From positions 5,282-69,281 of the forward strand of contig JAZRIB010000012.1 of assembly GCA_045645065.1 (NCBI GenBank): a stretch of 64,000 nt of DNA, read 5' to 3'. Within the stretch, counting starts at the first letter, position 1. Each line of letters begins with the position of its first letter. The DNA comes from Candidatus Enterousia sp. GTDB lineage: Bacteria; Pseudomonadota; Alphaproteobacteria; Rs-D84. Positions 38,270 to 46,250 of the stretch are shown one piece after another. A model generated the notes under the pieces. It saw only the letters and a list, made by a program, of their open reading frames with translations. It made no database searches and had not been told where the DNA came from. The translations under genes and the position numbers were made by a program.

Positions 38270-38568
38270 TGAGTTTCATAGCAGGCGTTTTATCTTTTAG
38301 TATACTATTATTCTTTATGAATGATTTGCGTGGACTTTTAAGTGTCAGCAAATGGGATGGCTTGCTATATTTTCTTTGTAATCAAAGCTGTTTAATACTT
38401 ATCGACCAGATTTGTATAATCTTATTCGGTATAACGTTTGTGCTGATTGCTAGTCACACAATCAAACGATATAAATGGAAATTCCTGTTTGTTCCAATAT
38501 TAGGAATGATTGTGTGGCTTATTTTAACATTGGCATACATTCTGGTTATGGATACGTTTTTTATGTGA
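38266..38568 (+). CDS. Multi-TM small protein, candidate immunity protein 2
   Basis: Start moved to MMSFIAGVL, overlapping the fragment stop (ATGATGA). TM-rich. IKRYKWKFLFVPIL motif. Confidence 0.5.
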   Translation: MMSFIAGVLSFSILLFFMNDLRGLLSVSKWDGLLYFLCNQSCLILIDQICIILFGITFVLIASHTIKRYKWKFLFVPILGMIVWLILTLAYILVMDTFFM

Positions 38569-38583
38569 CCACAATTGCTATGA

Positions 38584-38790
38584 CACGAGGTTTCTTGGGG
38601 CATTTCGCGCGTTTGGTTGGAACCATCAAATAAAACAAATACATACGGTCGTGACAATTTTAGCATACATGGCGGGTGGTGGCCGGGTTCCGCCGGATGT
38701 ATCGATTTAACAAATTATATCGATAACTTTACAAATTGGTTTGAAAATAATGGACTGGATTTGATTTTAAGTGTAAAATACAACCAATGA
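38584..38790 (+). pseudogene. Orphan 3' fragment of a Tlde1-like toxin gene (in frame, no start codon)
   Basis: Own translation HEVSWGISRVWLEPSNKTNTYGRDNFSIHGGWWPGSAGCIDLTNYIDNFTNWFENNGLDLILSVKYNQ*. Retains the H..SAGC motif but lacks the N-terminal ~85 residues. Confidence 0.7.
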
Positions 38791-39140
38791 AACACATGAA
38801 GTCTATATTATATGTTTTGGCACTACTGATATTACTGGGCTTATCAGCTATTGCAATGCTAGTGCCAATCTCTGAACTTCACTATATTTCTGTTATGGCA
38901 CCATACCCATATATACTAGATGGCGAATGTTGTAAATATATCGAATTTATGGGCTTAGAAATACGCACCATATATTATGTGGCCTTGTTGGTAATATATA
39001 CAATTGCACAATTGGTATTTGTGTGTTTTGGGATATATAAAGCCCTCATGAAAAAGTACTTTGTTGCACTGACATATCTGTTTGCCCCTGTTGCGATGGA
39101 AATATTTATGAGTTTGCTGCACTTACTGATATATAGCTAA
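38787..39140 (+). CDS. Multi-TM small protein, candidate immunity protein 3
   Basis: ATGA overlap with the fragment stop. TM-rich. LMKKYFVALTYLFAP motif. Confidence 0.5.
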   Translation: MKHMKSILYVLALLILLGLSAIAMLVPISELHYISVMAPYPYILDGECCKYIEFMGLEIRTIYYVALLVIYTIAQLVFVCFGIYKALMKKYFVALTYLFAPVAMEIFMSLLHLLIYS

Positions 39141-39224
39141 GCAAGACTTATCATTTGTTATTTTCAATCCATTCTGAAAGTTCGTTGATATTTCTGGCTA
39201 TTTCGTCATAGTCGCACAGCAATA

Positions 39225-39259
39225 AAGTTCGAAAGTCGTCCAGCTGGCCCTGCCAAAAA
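39225..39259. repeat. Rep-2 copy 4 (3' part only)
   Basis: ..gttcgaaagtcgtccagctggccctgccaaaaa followed by hairpin 39266..39281. Confidence 0.5.
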
Positions 39260-39281
39260 TCAAAATCACCCGTTTGGGCGA

Positions 39282-39366
39282 TTTTTTATTTGTTTTCCAA
39301 TACTTTCAGCAGTTCGTAAGTTGTGTATCAAAAACCACCACCGTTTCGCCAATTTACGAATTTTTA
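39282..39366. repeat. Rep-1 copy D
   Basis: tttgttttccaatactttcagcagttcgtaagttgtgtatcaaaaacc..gccaatttacgaattttt. Confidence 0.75.
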
Positions 39367-39426
39367 AAAAGAAAAGGTTAGAAATCTAACCTTTTTCATG
39401 GTTCATATATATTGTGGGTGTTTGAA

Positions 39427-39972
39427 TTATTTTTCTAATATTTTTTCCAATATATATTCGTGGTGCCATTCACCGTCTATAAAAGCAGTGTCGTGTAAAA
39501 TACCGACAATTTCATATCCTTGTTTTAACAAATTTCCCAAAGAACGAGTGTTTTTATGACGAACTTCGGTCTGTAATTTATGAACATTATTTTCAGACGC
39601 CCATTTACCAACAATCTGTTTGAATTTTGTTCCCAAACCATTCGATGTATATTTTTCCAGTATTGTTGTTCCTGATATTGCAACACGACCCGAATATGGG
39701 TGATCCGGCATTTTTTTCATTATATTTGCCGTACCAATCAATTTATCACCATCAAACGCACCTATAAATAAACTGTTTTTATCCGACCAATCTTTTTCTG
39801 CACGTTCACGTGGCACCAATGGACGCCCAGGATATTGCCAAGTCCATTTGGCACTTGGGCCTTTTCTAAATTCATTCATATATTTTACAAACGCATTATA
39901 ATCATCTATCTTCAATGGACGAATTGTAATCTCTTTACCATTTTTTAATTTAAACTTTACCGCACGTTTCAT
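39427..39972 (-). CDS. GNAT family N-acetyltransferase
   Basis: GRVAISGTTILEKYTSNGLGTKFKQ (acetyl-CoA binding Q/RxxGxG/A-like block), 181 aa. TGTGATATAAT promoter inside Rep-2 copy 5. Confidence 0.75.
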   Translation of the reverse strand: MKRAVKFKLKNGKEITIRPLKIDDYNAFVKYMNEFRKGPSAKWTWQYPGRPLVPRERAEKDWSDKNSLFIGAFDGDKLIGTANIMKKMPDHPYSGRVAISGTTILEKYTSNGLGTKFKQIVGKWASENNVHKLQTEVRHKNTRSLGNLLKQGYEIVGILHDTAFIDGEWHHEYILEKILEK

Positions 39973-40000
39973 CAGATATTCCTTTCTTTATTCACAAATA

Positions 40001-40061
40001 ATTATATCACAAAAATTTGTAGGAACAATTCTATTTCTCTCCCAAACAACAACAAATCGTG
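40001..40061. repeat. Rep-2 copy 5 (5' part only) at the distal edge of the array
   Basis: attatatcacaaaaatttgt..tctctcccaaacaacaacaaatcgtg. Abuts the stop of the methyltransferase gene. Confidence 0.5.
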
Positions 40062-40075
40062 CTGGGGGGTGGGGG

Positions 40076-40999
40076 CTATTTTTCAAACACAGCGAATAAT
40101 TCCCAATGGGAGCTGCCTACAAATTGATCAACGGGTGTCAATGTTTTTAATTTATATCCGCCACGTTCCAGTGTTTGCATATCACGTTTGAACGTCTGGG
40201 GGTTACAAGACACATAAATTACCCGTTTAACGTTACTTTTTATCAGTTCACGACATTGGGCATCTGCGCCGGCGCGTGGGGGATCCATAACCACGCAATC
40301 ATACGTGTTCAGCATTCCGACTGTTAATGGTTTTTTGAATAAATCGCGTTTTGCACCGGTGCCAACGACATCAAATCCATCGGCGTTCAGTGCGAATGTA
40401 AAATTCCCCAGACCGCAAAATAAATCCGCCACGCGTTTTGCGCCCATTGCAGCCCGAACAACCATATCGCGCAGTATATCTGCCCCATCGATGGTTGGTT
40501 GTAAAAATGCACCTGGTGAATATTTTATAGTTTTATTTCCAAAACTAACAACTGGTTCTGTTTTTGCAAATATAATGTTATCGTTCCACGTTATACGGAT
40601 TACAGGTATATTGGCACACGCGCGCCTAAATTCTGGGGTGACATACGGGATAGACGAATTTATGTTAACATCTATGCCATTGTCGCACAGTGTAACCAAA
40701 CATGCCCCAGACCCCGTCCATGGCAATTTTGATAATTCCGGTAATATGGCATTTATTTCAGGGGCCATATTAGGGCAGGTTGTTATTGGAATAATATTCT
40801 TGGTCCCAGATTCAAATAATCCAAATTCACCGCCTGCGAAACAGAAATCACCACGTCTGCGAATTCCTGGGGCAATCCAAATTGGCGAATCTGATAATGG
40901 TAATATCGGCAAAGTCTTGATTTTATTTTCGCGATAATCATCAGCGGCAAAATCAAATTTGCATCCACCACATCGACCAAGGAACGGGCATTTATTCAT
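40076..40999 (-). CDS. TrmA/RumA-family SAM-dependent RNA (uracil-5) methyltransferase without TRAM domain
   Basis: N-terminal CPFLGRCGGCKF cluster, DLFCGLGNF SAM motif, VMDPPRAGA, and C-terminal VDQFVGSSHWE. Confidence 0.75.
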   Translation of the reverse strand: MNKCPFLGRCGGCKFDFAADDYRENKIKTLPILPLSDSPIWIAPGIRRRGDFCFAGGEFGLFESGTKNIIPITTCPNMAPEINAILPELSKLPWTGSGACLVTLCDNGIDVNINSSIPYVTPEFRRACANIPVIRITWNDNIIFAKTEPVVSFGNKTIKYSPGAFLQPTIDGADILRDMVVRAAMGAKRVADLFCGLGNFTFALNADGFDVVGTGAKRDLFKKPLTVGMLNTYDCVVMDPPRAGADAQCRELIKSNVKRVIYVSCNPQTFKRDMQTLERGGYKLKTLTPVDQFVGSSHWELFAVFEK

Positions 41000-41008
41000 T
41001 GTGCATCA

Positions 41009-41656
41009 CTAGAAATTTATACGCGCCCCTGCACGGAATTGATGTGCGATTGGGCTGAATCCAGAAATTACATCGATGCCTGGTTCAAACATGTACATAT
41101 AGCGATATCCAAAATCCAACGCAAAATGTTCGCCTAATTCAAATGCGATGCCCGCCAATGCCGCGGCAACAGGACTGATTTTTTTATCCAGCGTCACATC
41201 GTCTGTGCTGTTCCATGATAAACCCGCGCCAAATCCGACATATGGCACAATAATTTGTGATCGGAACAGTCGATACATACTGTCAATTCTGGCATCAAAT
41301 ACAGCATTAACAAATGCGATATCACTTGTGATTTTGAATGCGTCCCATTCTGCATTATTGCGTACATAGTTGGCTTCTAATCTGAATGTATCGTATATTC
41401 GCACGCCTGCGACCGCTTCAAACGAAGATGTATTTTTGCCGTTTATCGCAATGTTTCCATCGTTTTCATCGGCCCACATAGAAAAATTATACGCGCCCCC
41501 GACATAGAAACGATGTTCACGCGCAAAAGATTCTGAATCGTTTCCAGATTCTGGGATTATAACCGGCATTTCCACCATTTCAACGCGGTATGGAATTGCT
41601 GCATTTGCCACCATTGGTGTTAATGCAAATAATGAAAATAAAATCTTGTTATTCAT
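41009..41656 (-). CDS. Outer-membrane beta-barrel protein (Omp25/31-type)
   Basis: Signal peptide, alternating beta-strand pattern, and a C-terminal aromatic residue (..GARINF). Confidence 0.7.
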   Translation of the reverse strand: MNNKILFSLFALTPMVANAAIPYRVEMVEMPVIIPESGNDSESFAREHRFYVGGAYNFSMWADENDGNIAINGKNTSSFEAVAGVRIYDTFRLEANYVRNNAEWDAFKITSDIAFVNAVFDARIDSMYRLFRSQIIVPYVGFGAGLSWNSTDDVTLDKKISPVAAALAGIAFELGEHFALDFGYRYMYMFEPGIDVISGFSPIAHQFRAGARINF

Positions 41657-41673
41657 AATCCATATCCCTTGTT

Positions 41674-42441
41674 TTAGAAGTTTACACGAAATGCAGCCAT
41701 AATATTACTGATACTGTCAACGCCACCGCGCGGTGCATCCCATCCAAAGCCGTTACCAATCATCATCTGGTATTGGTAATAAACGTCAACACCAATCAAG
41801 TCGTTAAACATAACATTAAATCCTAATGTTGCCCGTGGTACAGCGAACACAGCAGCATCAACACCATTTGCGCCATCAAATTGATACGCACCGAACGCCG
41901 CGCCAATTCCGATAAACGGAACAAACGTGCGACGATGTGTTATATCACCCAATTGAACATATCGACGTGCTAAATCAAAATACAGCGTTCCGCCCAGTGT
42001 TTGATAATCTGCATCCATATTTTTTATATCAGAAAATTTTAGTGTCGTTGTCTGGAAATCGATTTCAGAACGCACATACGAAGATAAATTCCATCCCAAA
42101 CCAATCTGGGTCGTATATGATCCCGAAGATTCATATTTATTGCCATCAAATGATGCGCGTGATGTTGCAAACCCCAGATTCAGTCCACCCCCCATACGCA
42201 TATACATTGACGTTGGAATAAACATACGTGTATCAATATTATTAATGATGCCGGCTGTTTCGTATACTTCCCCGCCCAGGGCACCCGGCGCATCATCAAC
42301 AGCATATGGTGCAATTCGTGGTGCTGCAACGACGTCAACGCCGCGTTTAATTTCGCTTACAAATGTATTTGCGTCAATTTCCGCATATGACGGTGCCGCA
42401 ACCAGTGCCACCAATAAAGCAAAAGATATTTTTTTATTCAT
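41674..42441 (-). CDS. Outer-membrane beta-barrel protein (Omp25/31-type)
   Basis: Signal peptide ending AEI. C-terminal ..AAFRVNF. Confidence 0.7.
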   Translation of the reverse strand: MNKKISFALLVALVAAPSYAEIDANTFVSEIKRGVDVVAAPRIAPYAVDDAPGALGGEVYETAGIINNIDTRMFIPTSMYMRMGGGLNLGFATSRASFDGNKYESSGSYTTQIGLGWNLSSYVRSEIDFQTTTLKFSDIKNMDADYQTLGGTLYFDLARRYVQLGDITHRRTFVPFIGIGAAFGAYQFDGANGVDAAVFAVPRATLGFNVMFNDLIGVDVYYQYQMMIGNGFGWDAPRGGVDSISNIMAAFRVNF

Positions 42442-42527
42442 AACATAAACCCAGGTTTTTATTTATATAAAATTTTAGCATAAATTGAAACTTGATTCCA
42501 GTGACTTTTATGCGTACCATTACACTT

Positions 42528-43349
42528 ATGAAGAAAAATACAGATAAAAAAATAGCATTGGTTGCCGGGGCGCTGGATTTGCCGTTTTTTACACGTGACG
42601 CGTTAAAGCGCGCCGGTTGGGATGTTTTTATTGTCGGGTTAAAGAATTTTGTTAATCCTGAATTGAATCCTGATATGACGGTTCGCATTGGGGCCAGTGG
42701 TCGCGCAATTCGCGAATTTAAGCGTCGTGGTATAAAAAAAATCACATTTGTTGGTGCGTTGGGGCATCCGAATTTATCAGACATCCGACCAGATTGGTGG
42801 ACGTTTTGGACATTGTTAAAAATATTAAAAAATCAACGGGGGTATGATTCTATGGCTGTTGCGTTAAATAGTGTTCTGGAAAAACAAGGGTTTGAAATCG
42901 TTGCTGCCCAAGATTTGGCACCTGAATTGACATTTGTATCGGCGGGGGTGCAAACGCGCACAAAACCAAGTTCCGCAGACGCTAAAAATATTGAACGCGC
43001 GATTGAAGTTTCGCATACGATTGGTGCGGCTGATATTGGTGCGTCTGTTGTGGTTGATAAACAAGTTATTGCCGTCGAAGCCGCCGAAGGAACGGCCCGC
43101 ATGCTTAATCGTGTGGTTGAAATGCGTGCAAATCGCAAACGTAAAAGTGGTGTTTTTGCCAAAATGACTAAGCCTGGGCAAGATTTACGCATAGATATAC
43201 CTGCAATCGGTGTTGATACTGTTAACGCCGTCGCGGATGCAAATTTGCGTGGGATTGTCGTAAATGCCAAGACATGTTTTGTTGTGAACAAACCTGCGGT
43301 TGTTGCCCAGGCTGACAAACGTGGAATATTTATTATTGCTTTGAATTAA
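42528..43349 (+). CDS. lpxI: UDP-2,3-diacylglucosamine pyrophosphatase LpxI (DUF1009)
   Basis: Start moved to MKKNTDKKIALVAG. GAADIGASVVVDKQVIAVEAAEGTARML and DLRIDIPAIG blocks are typical of LpxI. Confidence 0.75.
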   Translation: MKKNTDKKIALVAGALDLPFFTRDALKRAGWDVFIVGLKNFVNPELNPDMTVRIGASGRAIREFKRRGIKKITFVGALGHPNLSDIRPDWWTFWTLLKILKNQRGYDSMAVALNSVLEKQGFEIVAAQDLAPELTFVSAGVQTRTKPSSADAKNIERAIEVSHTIGAADIGASVVVDKQVIAVEAAEGTARMLNRVVEMRANRKRKSGVFAKMTKPGQDLRIDIPAIGVDTVNAVADANLRGIVVNAKTCFVVNKPAVVAQADKRGIFIIALN

Positions 43350-45432
43350 AAGAGTTTTTGTTATTACTGCGTGTGCGATTGTCTATATACGACATTAATG
43401 CATAGTTTAATTTTATTGCACAATCAGACACCGTTTGTTTAACAGAAGGGTTCAGGTTGGCACAAATTTCCTCTTTTGTTGTAACGTCCATTGTTTTTGC
43501 GGATTCTAAATCTTTTTCTAATTGTTTGGCGGCATCGCGAACATTGCCTGCGGATACCGCATCCATTGCAATGCGAACATTAGATTGCAAACATGACAAT
43601 GACGCGTCAACTGTACTCATTTTCATGCAATTTTGGGTTCCGGCCAACACTATATATTTATCGTTGTTTTTCAACGACGTGCTGTTCCCAGAATTGCCAG
43701 TGCTTGCGCCTGATTTTTCCAGACGTGTTTCCAATATCGCTTTTTCTAACTGGGTCTTGAAACGGCGTATCATCGATTCCAGATATTCGTATTGCTTGTT
43801 TACCTGTTGTGTCATCAGTGTTGTTTTCAACGCAATAACATCGCGCATTTTACTGCGTTGGTCTTCTGTTTCTGGATTTTTGTCTATGCCAATATTATAC
43901 GCGTGAACAGAACATAACGCCAATGTTGGGTTTATGTATAAAACATCCTCGTCTTCACAGTTTGACGCGGTAAGTTTGTTGTTTTTGTTTTCTGCGCACA
44001 CTTTTTCTGGTAATTTTTTCAACGATGTATATTTTTCCAAAGTGTCCCTATCGTCATCGTTTACATAACAGTACGATGATTTTTCTTTCTCTGCTGATGA
44101 CGGTGCGTCTTGTTCAATAATACGTTCCAATATTTCGATATCGACGGATGCCTGTTTTTTGCGATTGCGGAAAAATGCAGAATTTTCCAACGCGCTGGAT
44201 GCGCATCCGATGCGGATTGTACCACTGGCGCCGGCTTCTGCGTCCAACCATGTGTTTTGAACTTCTTCCATATCTGCTAATGTGCGGTTCAGTATACATG
44301 CAGGATTGTCCTCAACGCCAATCACATGGTTCTCTACACATGCGGCGCCCCCGCGTGTTGTTGCGGTTGGTTTTGAACGACCGTCAGAACCACAGTTGTC
44401 CTCGTTGTATGTAGGTGTTTTTAGGTCTGAACATAAATATTCGCCCCACACATTACACGACCCATTTAACATCATGTATATATCTGTAATGTCAACACCG
44501 ACGGCCTGGGCAGTGATAAGTGCGTCATATAATTCGTCCAGTACATCATTGTACGGATCAAAGAATCCCATTGCTTTCTGTTTGAAAACCTTAACGCGTT
44601 TTGGGCCGGTGCAATTATCCCCATTGGAATCACAACCAGCGTACGTGAACGTGTCTTTCATTGTGTCGCGCAACGTCTTTAATGCTGTTTCTGCGTTTTC
44701 CAATTTAGACATAATTTCGCCAGAAATCTGTTCGCGAACCAATATATCTGAATCGATTCCGCGCATAGCCGCTTCTTCTTGGGCGGCGGTCAGCCCATTT
44801 GTTGTCGCGCTTGTTGTGTTTTGTGTGTTGTTAATCTGGTGTTGTTGGGCGGCGGCTGCGATTTGTTTTTGTTCTTCTAAGGCGGCCTGTAATTGTGCAA
44901 CTGTTTCTTGATTTTGCATCTGCATTTGTTGTTGCATTTGCTGCATTTGCATATTCATCTGTTGTTGCATTTGTTGTTGCATTTGTGCGATTTGCTGGCT
45001 GGATTGTGCTGCCGCTGCTGCCGCTGCGTTTTGTGCGGCCTGGCTTGATTTAGCGTTTGAATTTGCAACAATCTGGGCAGCAATAGATTGAACCAAATCG
45101 TTTCCATATTGCTTGCACGTCGTGTTGTCCATAACACATCCGTTAACAATCGGAATTGTTACATCCATTGATGTACATCCCCCCGATGCACACTTTGGCT
45201 GTGCGCAACGCAGTATCAATGCATTACAATTGCCAAAATCCGCCACAGGTCCCGACCCCGTACCGGTGCGACCATTCATTAAACTGTTCCACTGGTTATT
45301 ATTAATCGACCCTATATTGTTTGGGTTGTACGCCGTCAGATTGTTCCCAGCCGTCGTCGCCACAGGCGCACCCCCCGCCAATTCTGGGATTAAACACATC
45401 ATACAAAACAAAATGCGATAAAGTGGTTTCAT
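43333..45432 (-). CDS. Large secreted Cys- and Gln-rich protein, unknown function
   Basis: Signal peptide. Poly-Q/M tract QQIAQMQQQMQQQMNMQMQQMQQQMQMQNQ, with many Cys on both sides of it. Confidence 0.55.
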   Translation of the reverse strand: MKPLYRILFCMMCLIPELAGGAPVATTAGNNLTAYNPNNIGSINNNQWNSLMNGRTGTGSGPVADFGNCNALILRCAQPKCASGGCTSMDVTIPIVNGCVMDNTTCKQYGNDLVQSIAAQIVANSNAKSSQAAQNAAAAAAAQSSQQIAQMQQQMQQQMNMQMQQMQQQMQMQNQETVAQLQAALEEQKQIAAAAQQHQINNTQNTTSATTNGLTAAQEEAAMRGIDSDILVREQISGEIMSKLENAETALKTLRDTMKDTFTYAGCDSNGDNCTGPKRVKVFKQKAMGFFDPYNDVLDELYDALITAQAVGVDITDIYMMLNGSCNVWGEYLCSDLKTPTYNEDNCGSDGRSKPTATTRGGAACVENHVIGVEDNPACILNRTLADMEEVQNTWLDAEAGASGTIRIGCASSALENSAFFRNRKKQASVDIEILERIIEQDAPSSAEKEKSSYCYVNDDDRDTLEKYTSLKKLPEKVCAENKNNKLTASNCEDEDVLYINPTLALCSVHAYNIGIDKNPETEDQRSKMRDVIALKTTLMTQQVNKQYEYLESMIRRFKTQLEKAILETRLEKSGASTGNSGNSTSLKNNDKYIVLAGTQNCMKMSTVDASLSCLQSNVRIAMDAVSAGNVRDAAKQLEKDLESAKTMDVTTKEEICANLNPSVKQTVSDCAIKLNYALMSYIDNRTRSNNKNSFNSKQ

Positions 45433-45502
45433 ATTCTCTCTTAATACTGAATTCTAACACATACTGCAAAAAATTAAAAGACAAAAATATATCTGTGCGG
45501 AT

Positions 45503-45729
45503 AAAAAAACACCGCCGTTGCCGGCGGTATTTCCGAATGCCCCGAAAGGAAGGAAAGGAGAAAAAGAAATTGGGCATTCTAAAAAATTATGCTGGGGTCC
45601 ATGGTCCAGAGGAGAGAGAATGTAGGAGGGAGTCTGAATCCCTGGACCCCACAGATGTTTTTGCACCTGGTCATCGGCTTTGCTTCCTTTGACGAATCGA
45701 AATATAATACAGATAATTCAGTTTGTCAA
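45503..45729 (-). promoter_or_regulatory. Promoter plus ~190-nt structured leader ending in an intrinsic terminator, upstream of 43333..45432 (or an independent sRNA)
   Basis: Minus strand: TTGACA (45729-24), 17-nt spacer, TATATT (45706-01). Terminator CCGCCG-gcaa-CGGCGG plus T7 (45528-45503). Several mutually exclusive pairings inside (see finding). Confidence 0.5.
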
Positions 45730-45904
45730 GTGTTTTGTCAAAAAAATTTTTAGTATTGTGTTTTTGTGTGTAAAAATTCCTAAAATATCACAAAAAACCT
45801 AGGAAACACAACTTGTTGTGAGATTTGTCATCTTTACATAGAATTTATTTTGCACAGGGACGTTTTAACAGTTTCTAGTACAAAAAACCGAAAGGAGAAA
45901 TAAA

Positions 45905-46150
45905 ATGACACACGAAGATGTATGGTTGGCCATAGAACGTTTCGCAGTCGAACACGGAATGTCGTGTTCTGGTCTGGCGAAATGCAGTGGCTTGGATCCG
46001 ACAACCTTTAATAAAAGTAAACGCTGGTCCAAAGAAGGGCAACCCAGATGGCCATCAACAAACAGTATTTCTAAGATTTTGTCGTCAACCGGCGCCAGAA
46101 TCCAAGATTTTACCAAGTTTATCGAAGCCCAAGAATGCGAACGCGAATAA
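45905..46150 (+). CDS. XRE/CI-type HTH regulator (N-terminal domain only)
   Basis: WLAIERFAVEHGMSCSGLAKCSGLDPTTFNKSKRWSKEGQPRWPSTNSISKIL matches the common alphaproteobacterial phage-repressor-like HTH. Confidence 0.7.
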   Translation: MTHEDVWLAIERFAVEHGMSCSGLAKCSGLDPTTFNKSKRWSKEGQPRWPSTNSISKILSSTGARIQDFTKFIEAQECERE

Positions 46151-46250
46151 CAAGAATTTCCGATATGTTGTTTTAACACCCAAAAGCCACGTGTTGATTA
46201 TGCGTGGTTTTTTGTTGGACATCTTAGATTCTTTGGGGTATTGTAATCAT

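Larger units (their letters stand above)
31133..40075. other. Cassette-like accessory array flanking tRNA-Glu, delimited by recurring junction repeats
   Basis: Unrelated single genes separated by Rep-2 / hairpin / Rep-1 modules (see repeat features). No recombinase lies inside. Confidence 0.55.

Noticed and set aside
39141-39262. Minus-strand reading FWQGQLDDFRTLLLCDYDEIARNINELSEWIENNK* as a fourth, inverted toxin remnant
   Set aside because: Only the last ~11 residues resemble the toxin tail (DDFTKWFENNNK), and there is no catalytic motif. The segment overlaps Rep-2 copy 4 and follows a terminator in that orientation. It is kept only as a note under the cassette-array finding.
31133-40075. 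Integron gene-cassette array with attC sites
   Set aside because: No intI or attI is present in or next to the array, and cassettes carry their own promoters and terminators. The GTTRRRY core fits only one Rep-1 copy (GTTGGGT) and is not conserved in the others. Gene orientation is mixed.
40305-43318. Antisense ORFs 40305..40937, 41148..41369, 42140..42448, 42434..42784, 42833..43318
   Set aside because: All lie opposite well-supported genes (methyltransferase, OMPs, lpxI) and have biased composition typical of shadow frames.
45590-45660. tRNA-like, tmRNA or SRP RNA gene (GGGGTCC..T-arm-like AGGGA-loop-TCCCT..GGACCCC; GGAAGCA and ACCAGG strings)
   Set aside because: The element is about 57 nt with no D or anticodon arms and no CCA. 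The T-loop-like TTCAGAC is on the wrong strand relative to the acceptor order. The SRP-like strings are in the wrong order and lack the GGUCCGGAAGGAAGCAGC helix-8 core. No tag-peptide ORF is present.
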